In this document: positions 57,841-64,000 of the stretch, in pieces
How positions within the stretch are numbered: position 1 is the stretch's first letter
How the letters are laid out: each line of letters begins with the position of its first letter
The notes under the pieces: generated by a model
Database searches by the model: none
What the model saw: the letters and a program-made list of their open reading frames with translations, nothing else
What the model was told of the DNA's origin: nothing
Origin: Fibrobacteria bacterium
GTDB taxonomy: Bacteria; Fibrobacterota; Chitinivibrionia; Chitinivibrionales; FEN-1185
NCBI GenBank assembly: GCA_037447435.1
Contig: JBBIGR010000020.1
Coordinates: forward strand, 1-64,000
Direction: 5' to 3'
Length of the DNA stretch: 64,000 nt
Translations under genes and position numbers: made by a program

Positions 57841-59940
57841 CTAATTTTGATCAAAAGTCAAATCGTACCGGCCGGGCTCGCCGAGTTTTTGGCACAACTC
57901 ATTGATTTCTTTTTTCATTTCTATCATACGCAACTCGCGGCCAACCATGGCGCGGTTGAATCGGCTTAGGTCTTGATAGTTTTGACGCAAATCTTCTGCG
58001 TCGCGTTTAATTTGCTCCTCAAAGTATTTACGGTCGGATATGTCGACAAATGTGCCCAGAAGCGCCGGTTTCCCGTTGTAGGTTATCGGCCGAACCGACG
58101 ATAAACTCCAAAAGGGCGTACCGTCTTTGCGCTTGAGCCTGACTTCGTATTCGGCGATCGAGCCGTGCTTTTTAAGAATATTCAACACCCTGGTCCGTTC
58201 CTGCGGATTAAAGTAAATGTTCATGACTTCTTTGCCCAATACTTCGGATTCTTCGTATCCGAACCCTTTCAAATAAGCCGGATTGACGTATAAAAATACT
58301 GATTCGGGAAGTCCGATAACGCCTATGCCTACGGGGGTGGTTTCCGCTATTGCCTTGAAACGCTCTTCGCTTTCCCGCAAAGCTTTTTCGGCTGCGACTT
58401 GTTCGGTTATGTCGACTGCAAAGGACACAAATTGAACGACATTACCAAGCGGGTCGAAGATAGGGTAAAACGTGAGGTCCAAAACATTCTCTTTAAAGTA
58501 ATCCCGGAATTTGACCGGCTTTTTCATCCGGACCATTTCGGTAATTTGCTTTTTTCGATTTTCATGAAAATCAACGGGCAAGAGGTCGAATAAATTCTTG
58601 CCGACAAAATCCGGCTTGCCGTTGTTCAAACGATCACTCGCTTTTTTGTTTGCGGCAAGAACGTTTCCATCCAAATCCAATAACATCAGGGTTTCCGAAA
58701 CGCCGTCGAATATTGCGGACAAGCGTTCTTTACTTGTACGAAGCGCCTCTTCCGCCTGTTTACGTCCGGAAATATCTTTACTGAATATCGCAACGCCGGA
58801 AATGTCGCCGTGCGCATTACGCACCGGGCAAAAAGTATGGTCGAATATGATGCCGTCACGCTCATCCTCGAACCTGACTTCGGCGCCGCAGGCGATCATT
58901 TCCTCGATCTTTGCTTTTCTTATTTTGCCGACATCCGGGGGGAGCAAATCATAGCAATTTTTCCCGATAACGTCGCAGGATTTCATACCCAGGCGTTTTA
59001 TTGCCGTTTCATTGGCCGATAAAATGGTGCCGCCCAGGTCCATGAGGAAAATTGATTCATTCGCCGCATTCAGGATTGCACTTGATTTTTGCTCGCTTTC
59101 CCGAAGCGCATCAACTGCCCGATCGCGTTCCGTGATGTCCCGGTTGACGCCGACGAAGCCGATAGGAGTACCTTCATAGTCCCTTAGAAGCATGGTAACC
59201 GAATCGAAAACAACCTGTTTACCGGATTTTGCGGTTTGTACGATTCTCGCCGATACAGGTCCTATTTCCGTAAGGTTTCTGTCTAGTATGGTCCGCATTT
59301 CGGGCTCGAGCGCAGGGCCGAAAACGGCGAATATCGATTTTCCGATCATTTCTTTTTCTTTATAGCCGTATGCCTTTTCCGCCGCCTTATTCCAGGCGAT
59401 AATGCGAAAGTGCATATCGGTGGCGTAGACGACGTCGGTGATATTTGCAAGCAAATTTGCTTGAAACCGCATACGGTCTTCGGCCCGTTTGCGTACGGTT
59501 ATATCGCGGCCGTAAAAATTAACATACCCTTCGTCGATGATTGGAACCAGGGCGAAATTGTAAACGCGGCCGTTACAGACGATATTCTCGATCCGTTGTG
59601 TCTGGACAATCAATAATTCTGAAACGGTTTGCCGCAACTCGCTTGGGACCGTGCCGCCGATTTCACATCCCCACATTTGCAAAAACGGCCTGCTCGGTTC
59701 ATTGGCATACAAGACAACGCCCCGGTCGCTTATCCGCAAGATCGGACTGGGACTTTCATCGGGCAACCGGACGAGGTTCCGCATTTCGGATTCAATGCGC
59801 TTTCGTTCCAGAATTTCGGCTTCGAGCCTTTTATTGGCCGCCTCAAGTTCCTGTTCCCGCAGATTGACTTTATTCTCAAGTTCTGTGCAGTAGATTTCAA
59901 ACTCGGCTTCCGACATGCGGACTTTGGATTTTGTATTCAT
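57841..59940 (-). CDS. Multi-PAS protein ending in a coiled coil, no kinase or output domain
   Basis: Five PAS/PAC repeats (DITVRK, DITERD, DISGRK, DITEQ, DISDRK); C-terminus MVGRELRMIEMKKEINEL. Confidence 0.85.
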   Translation of the reverse strand: MNTKSKVRMSEAEFEIYCTELENKVNLREQELEAANKRLEAEILERKRIESEMRNLVRLPDESPSPILRISDRGVVLYANEPSRPFLQMWGCEIGGTVPSELRQTVSELLIVQTQRIENIVCNGRVYNFALVPIIDEGYVNFYGRDITVRKRAEDRMRFQANLLANITDVVYATDMHFRIIAWNKAAEKAYGYKEKEMIGKSIFAVFGPALEPEMRTILDRNLTEIGPVSARIVQTAKSGKQVVFDSVTMLLRDYEGTPIGFVGVNRDITERDRAVDALRESEQKSSAILNAANESIFLMDLGGTILSANETAIKRLGMKSCDVIGKNCYDLLPPDVGKIRKAKIEEMIACGAEVRFEDERDGIIFDHTFCPVRNAHGDISGVAIFSKDISGRKQAEEALRTSKERLSAIFDGVSETLMLLDLDGNVLAANKKASDRLNNGKPDFVGKNLFDLLPVDFHENRKKQITEMVRMKKPVKFRDYFKENVLDLTFYPIFDPLGNVVQFVSFAVDITEQVAAEKALRESEERFKAIAETTPVGIGVIGLPESVFLYVNPAYLKGFGYEESEVLGKEVMNIYFNPQERTRVLNILKKHGSIAEYEVRLKRKDGTPFWSLSSVRPITYNGKPALLGTFVDISDRKYFEEQIKRDAEDLRQNYQDLSRFNRAMVGRELRMIEMKKEINELCQKLGEPGRYDLTFDQN

Positions 59941-62222
59941 TGCTGATCCTTGTTTTCATCATTTGCCAAGGGCGGCGGTACAACCTCTTTGTGAGCCAAA
60001 CAATTTTCGCATAAGGCGCGGGCTTCCTGTAAGGCCTTTTCCAAGCGTTTGATGCGATTGATATCCACGAATGTAACGACCGCACCGCCGATGAAATTAT
60101 CACCGGTGCGGTAGGGCGTAATCCGTACCCGGTACCAAGAACCGTCGTGCGTACGGATTTCGGTTTCCTTATACGCCAAGGTCCTTAAAACCTCGAGGCA
60201 GTCCTGCCCAAGACCGTCGTATTCCATTTCGGATACCAAATCGCCAAGCGGCCTGCCGACATCGGTCGGTATGAGTTTTATCAACTTTTTCGTTGGCTCG
60301 GTATAGCGTTTGATTTTTAAACCGTTATCTAGAAACAACGTGGCGATTTCGGTGCTGTTGAGAAGATTCTGCATGTCGTCGTTGGTTCGCGAAAGCTCGT
60401 CGACTTTCAATTGCAACTCCGTATTGACGATAAATAGTTCTTCGTTGAGCGATTGCAATTCTTCTTTGGACGTTTCCATCTCCTCGTTGGTGCTTTGGAG
60501 TTCTTCGTTTGTCGATTGCAGTTCCTCGTTCGCCGATTTAAGTTCTTCGTTGGACGTCTCGAGCTCCTCGATTGTTGTTTTAAGCGATTCCTTTGCATTA
60601 CGCAATTCGCGGGCAAGCTTTTCCGGGGTAAAATTCCGGGACGTTTGCTTGATTTTTTTTCGAGGCTGAATCGTTTGCGGAGGAACATTGACAAGGGAGG
60701 TAACCGGAACGGGGGACGAATCATGAATGGGTAAAGCGGTTTTTTGCAACGGCATTTTTAGCAATACGCTTTTGACCAGCGTTTCTTTTCGGCGGTAAAT
60801 TTTCCATTTTTTGTCTATTGTGTCGAAAATGCCGGTATTGGTTCCCACGGTTTCCGAAGTCCCGAGCATGAGTATCCCCTGCGGCTTTAACGAATATCGG
60901 AAAATAGGGAAAAGGCGTTTCTGCAGATCCGAATTAAGGTAAATGAGCAGATTTCGACACGAAAGCAAATTGAGACCGGTAAATGGCGGATCTTTTATGA
61001 TATTTTGCTGGGCGAAAATTACCATTTCCCTGATTTCCTTGCGGATTTTATACGTTTGGCCTTCAACCGTGAAATAACGCGCAAGCCGCTTTGGCGAAAC
61101 AGCGGCGGCAATCGTGGCGGGATATATGCCCCGGCGGGCAAATTCTATTGCCTCGTTATCCAAATCCGTTGCGAAAATCTGGACAGGCACTGACCTATTT
61201 AATTTTATCATGGATTCACGAAGCAGAATCGCCAGACTATAGGGTTCTTCTCCGGTTGCGCAACCGGGAACCCAAACCCGAAACGTTTCGTTGGCGGAAT
61301 GGAAATTCGCCAGGTCGGGCGCGATGATATTCATTAAGGCATCAAACGATTCATTGTCGCGAAAAAAACTCGTTACGCCTATCAATAGCTCCTTAAAAAG
61401 AAGCGAGAGTTCATGAGGGTTTTCCTGTACGTATCGAAGGTATTTATCCCCGTTCGGGATTAAAAGCACCTGCATTCGTCTTTCGATGCGCCTGCGAATC
61501 GTGCTCGTTTTGTACGACGAGAAATCGTGCCCGAGCTTTATCTGCAGCATGGTTAAAAGCTTTTGAATAGGCCGTTTCATTTTTTCGGGAATTTCATTGG
61601 CTTCGGGGGTGCGTCTTTTACCGGCGACGACATTTTCAAAAGGTAAGAGGTAGCCGGGCATTTCGGACGGCGGCAGGATATAGTCTGCCATTTTCGTCGC
61701 AATCGCGTTTGCCGGCATTCCGGCGTATCGGGCCGATTTTATTTCCTGTACCATGGTCAGGCCGCCCGCACTCTTTATCTCACGAAGGCCGTCGGAGCCG
61801 TCGGTGCCGGTGCCGGAAAATACGATGCATGCCGCTTGTTCTTTTCGGTCAATGGCGAGCGAGCGAAAAAAGAAATCGATGGGATGGGGAGGAATCTCAT
61901 TGGGCGGTCCGTCCATAAACTGTAATGTCGCATCGATGACGGCAACATAACCGCCGGGCGGCCCGATATAAATTTTGTTTTTTTCGAGTCGCATTCCGTT
62001 TTTGGAAAGCAATACGGGAAATTTCGCATATTTTTCGAGAATTTGGGGTAATAAGGTCGTTTGGCCGGGGTGTTGATGAGAGATAACGACAAACGCAATG
62101 CCGCAATCGGGTTCGACGTTTTTAAAAAAGGCCTCAAGAGCCTCGAGCCCGCCGGCCGACGCGCCGATTCCGACGATCGGAAACCCTGAGCGCGAACGTC
62201 GTTTTCCACTAGCGCGGCCCAT
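59937..62222 (-). CDS. CheB/CheR fusion protein with coiled coil and C-terminal PAS
   Basis: GIGASAGGLEA, SGTGTDG, IGVTSFFRD, VPGCATGEEPYS, CRNLLIY, EELQSTNEE repeats. Confidence 0.92.
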   Translation of the reverse strand: MGRASGKRRSRSGFPIVGIGASAGGLEALEAFFKNVEPDCGIAFVVISHQHPGQTTLLPQILEKYAKFPVLLSKNGMRLEKNKIYIGPPGGYVAVIDATLQFMDGPPNEIPPHPIDFFFRSLAIDRKEQAACIVFSGTGTDGSDGLREIKSAGGLTMVQEIKSARYAGMPANAIATKMADYILPPSEMPGYLLPFENVVAGKRRTPEANEIPEKMKRPIQKLLTMLQIKLGHDFSSYKTSTIRRRIERRMQVLLIPNGDKYLRYVQENPHELSLLFKELLIGVTSFFRDNESFDALMNIIAPDLANFHSANETFRVWVPGCATGEEPYSLAILLRESMIKLNRSVPVQIFATDLDNEAIEFARRGIYPATIAAAVSPKRLARYFTVEGQTYKIRKEIREMVIFAQQNIIKDPPFTGLNLLSCRNLLIYLNSDLQKRLFPIFRYSLKPQGILMLGTSETVGTNTGIFDTIDKKWKIYRRKETLVKSVLLKMPLQKTALPIHDSSPVPVTSLVNVPPQTIQPRKKIKQTSRNFTPEKLARELRNAKESLKTTIEELETSNEELKSANEELQSTNEELQSTNEEMETSKEELQSLNEELFIVNTELQLKVDELSRTNDDMQNLLNSTEIATLFLDNGLKIKRYTEPTKKLIKLIPTDVGRPLGDLVSEMEYDGLGQDCLEVLRTLAYKETEIRTHDGSWYRVRITPYRTGDNFIGGAVVTFVDINRIKRLEKALQEARALCENCLAHKEVVPPPLANDENKDQQ

Positions 62223-62459
62223 GCAGTGTCCTTTAAAAGAAAATGGAAAAAAAGAATCCCCGGGCAAATTTACAAATAATATTGCGTCGATGAGTTTGTC
62301 TGTCAAAAATCCAAGGATATAATAATTTAATATTCTCAGGGCACTGCGTCAATGATAAAACCGGCAGGAGGGTACGCGATCATGTTAAGTATTCCCAAAA
62401 CTAAAAACAGGTTCTTAAAAATGGGAAAAACAACGTAGCGTTAAACCGTCTCCGACTTT

Positions 62460-62507
62460 CTTCGACGATTCACCCTATAGATTTTATTGGAGAGCGAATC
62501 GCCGAAG
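62460..62507 (-). terminator. Long hairpin downstream of the Lys-rich secreted protein gene
   Basis: CTTCGGCGATTCGCTCT/AGGGTGAATCGTCGAAG, a 17-bp stem with G-U pairs on the - strand; no clear U tract. Confidence 0.45.
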
Positions 62508-62543
62508 TAATTCTGCGCACTTTTTGCATTTACGGGAAAGCGA

Positions 62544-62927
62544 TCAGTATTTTTCTTTTTTTGCTTTTGCAGCCATTTTTTCCACGATTTTTGTGGCGGT
62601 TTTCTTGCCGTCCATCATTTTCCACGTCACGGTCACTTCGGCATCGGTTTTAATGTCTCCCAGACTGACGGCTTTCTTACCGCTCAGTATCTTTGCATTT
62701 GCGTCTACCATAAGCGAATCTTCCATTTTTTTCGTTTTTACAACGATCATATTTGCTGCGGCATCAACCGATACGACCTTACCCGATGCCGTCATTGATG
62801 CTGCTTTTTTTTCGGCCTTTTCCATTGTTTTTGACTCCGACTTTTCCTCGGTTTTAGTCCCTTCCATTTGCGCGAAAATTAGTCCTGTACATGCAAGAAC
62901 AGCTATGGTTACTTTTAAGAATTTCAT
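62544..62927 (-). CDS. Small secreted Lys-rich OB-fold-like protein (DUF5666-like)
   Basis: AAGGAG RBS, signal peptide, SGKVVSVD...LGDIKTDAEVTV...ATKI. Confidence 0.75.
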   Translation of the reverse strand: MKFLKVTIAVLACTGLIFAQMEGTKTEEKSESKTMEKAEKKAASMTASGKVVSVDAAANMIVVKTKKMEDSLMVDANAKILSGKKAVSLGDIKTDAEVTVTWKMMDGKKTATKIVEKMAAKAKKEKY

Positions 62928-63232
62928 ACCTTCTCCTTTGAATTGTGCGTTTCCGATTTGATTTTTGCTTATGTAAACAATACAGTACTTGTTCCGGGAT
63001 CGATGATATTTTTTTTCGCATCCGGCGGTTATGAGGTGCTTTGAATCATGGAAAAATCCTTTCTTAAAAGGGTGGAACAAAAGGGATTGATTCTTGGGCG
63101 AGCAGCGATACCTAATCAATTTCCATATGAATTTTAAACGGCTTGCCGTTTTCCGTGTATCCTTCAATTTCATTCCAGTTTTATTTCGCAAATTTCAGGC
63201 CAATAAACGGTTATTAAAATCTGAAAACCATG

Positions 63233-63247
63233 TGGCATGCAATTTGC
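63233..63247 (+). promoter_or_regulatory. Possible sigma-54 promoter upstream of the SOD gene
   Basis: TGGCATGCAATTTGC has the GG-N10-GC spacing. Confidence 0.45.
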
Positions 63248-63396
63248 GAAACATTTTTATGAGTAAAACCCGCATATCATGCCGCTAAAATGATGGAAAT
63301 GTCCCGTATGCGGAACTCGGGTGTTTTTATCGAGAACGCGAAAACATTGTCAAAAGATAAAGAGACGAAAACCGAATGAAATAAGAGGAGAATGCG

Positions 63397-64000
63397 ATGC
63401 GAGAAAAAGAAACATCGTTATTCGAAAAAAATATTCTGAGACGGGACGCAATTGCGTCTCTGGGGGCAATAGCGGCTGCGGCGATAGGCAGTTTGTCTAA
63501 GGATCGCGGCACCGAACCCGCGCAGCTCGTACCGTTGTCTATAGGAAGGCATCATCCTCGTAATTTACCGTTCGATCCGGCCGTGCTTTTTGGCATTTCG
63601 GGAACATTGATACGACAACATTGGAAAAACATATATGCCAAAACAGTGAGAAATCTCAATAAGATCGAAAAGCAGCTTTGCAGCGCTGCGGAAATTCCCG
63701 GCTTTGTCGTTTCATGCCTTAAAGAACATGAACTCTGCTATGCAAACTCGATGATCCTCCACGAGCATTATTTCGGCAATTTGGGCGGAAACGGGATAAT
63801 GCCGGCCGCAGTATCAAAGGCCATCGTGCAATGTTTCGGGAGTCTTGCAAAGTGGAAAGAGCTCTTCACCGTCACGGCGATGAGTTTGGTCGGCAGGGGC
63901 GGATGGGCAGTACTGGGAATGTGCTTTCATACGGGAGATCTTCGTGTTTACTGGTCAAGTAGCCATTCGCAATCGTTGTCGTTCGGGCAACCGCTGGTGG
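63397..64000 (+). CDS. Fe/Mn superoxide dismutase (ChrC-like) with Tat-like signal; runs off the window end
   Basis: Not in the ORF track; read manually: MREKE...LRRDAI...LPFDP...IRQHW...NSMILHEHYFGNLGG...FGS..KW...GGWAVL. Confidence 0.85.
   Translation, partial: MREKETSLFEKNILRRDAIASLGAIAAAAIGSLSKDRGTEPAQLVPLSIGRHHPRNLPFDPAVLFGISGTLIRQHWKNIYAKTVRNLNKIEKQLCSAAEIPGFVVSCLKEHELCYANSMILHEHYFGNLGGNGIMPAAVSKAIVQCFGSLAKWKELFTVTAMSLVGRGGWAVLGMCFHTGDLRVYWSSSHSQSLSFGQPLV

Noticed and set aside
60420..60600. 21-bp periodic DNA repeat
   Set aside because: Explained by the EELQSTN heptad coiled coil of the CheB/CheR fusion.
63303..63325. Group II intron domain V-like start (CCGTATGCGGAAC)
   Set aside because: The complementary 3' arm and domain VI are absent, and no RT is nearby.

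Overview
Bacterial chromosomal window of moderate GC. The PorX-type regulator beside tsaE, the secreted proteins with T9SS-like C-terminal tails, the lipid A acyltransferase and the sigma-28/FlgM signals suggest a flagellated Gram-negative, possibly Fibrobacterota/Chitinivibrionia (inference only). Layout: 1-8.6 kb is an AT-rich, rearranged defence island. It holds two HEPN/MNT modules, a collapsed type I R-M locus fused to an MNT, a DUF6880-C5 MTase-Vsr-HNH block between ~290-bp direct repeats, DUF4926 with a probably deleted partner, and a non-coding 41/42-bp tandem array. 8.6-34 kb is mostly housekeeping (lnt, serS, tsaE, apt, asnS, aroK, aroC, lspA) plus an aryl-polyene/flexirubin-like KS-CLF-ACP cluster, an HK-PorX pair, a TatT/TatP TRAP transporter and higBA. 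34-46.5 kb has a CNG K+ channel and a phosphorelay cluster with an orphan cheA. The rest encodes an RNase D-like protein, an LpxL-like protein, an ABC-F, tandem secreted esterases, a flippase, CheB/CheR with a PAS-only partner, and a truncated Fe/Mn SOD. Top unexplained signals: (1) a multi-hairpin non-coding element present twice (10012-10099 on +, and inside 29705-29891 on -) with compensatory stem changes, one copy closed by a 25-bp inverted repeat and the other downstream of a sigma-28 promoter; (2) a leader peptide MRMR... overlapping a terminator upstream of the ABC-F gene; (3) the 41/42-bp phased array; (4) 41-bp repeats bracketing a TA cassette at the hsdS start. No rRNA, tRNA, CRISPR array, transposase or integrase was recognised. 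All family assignments come from motif recognition by eye, not database searches.
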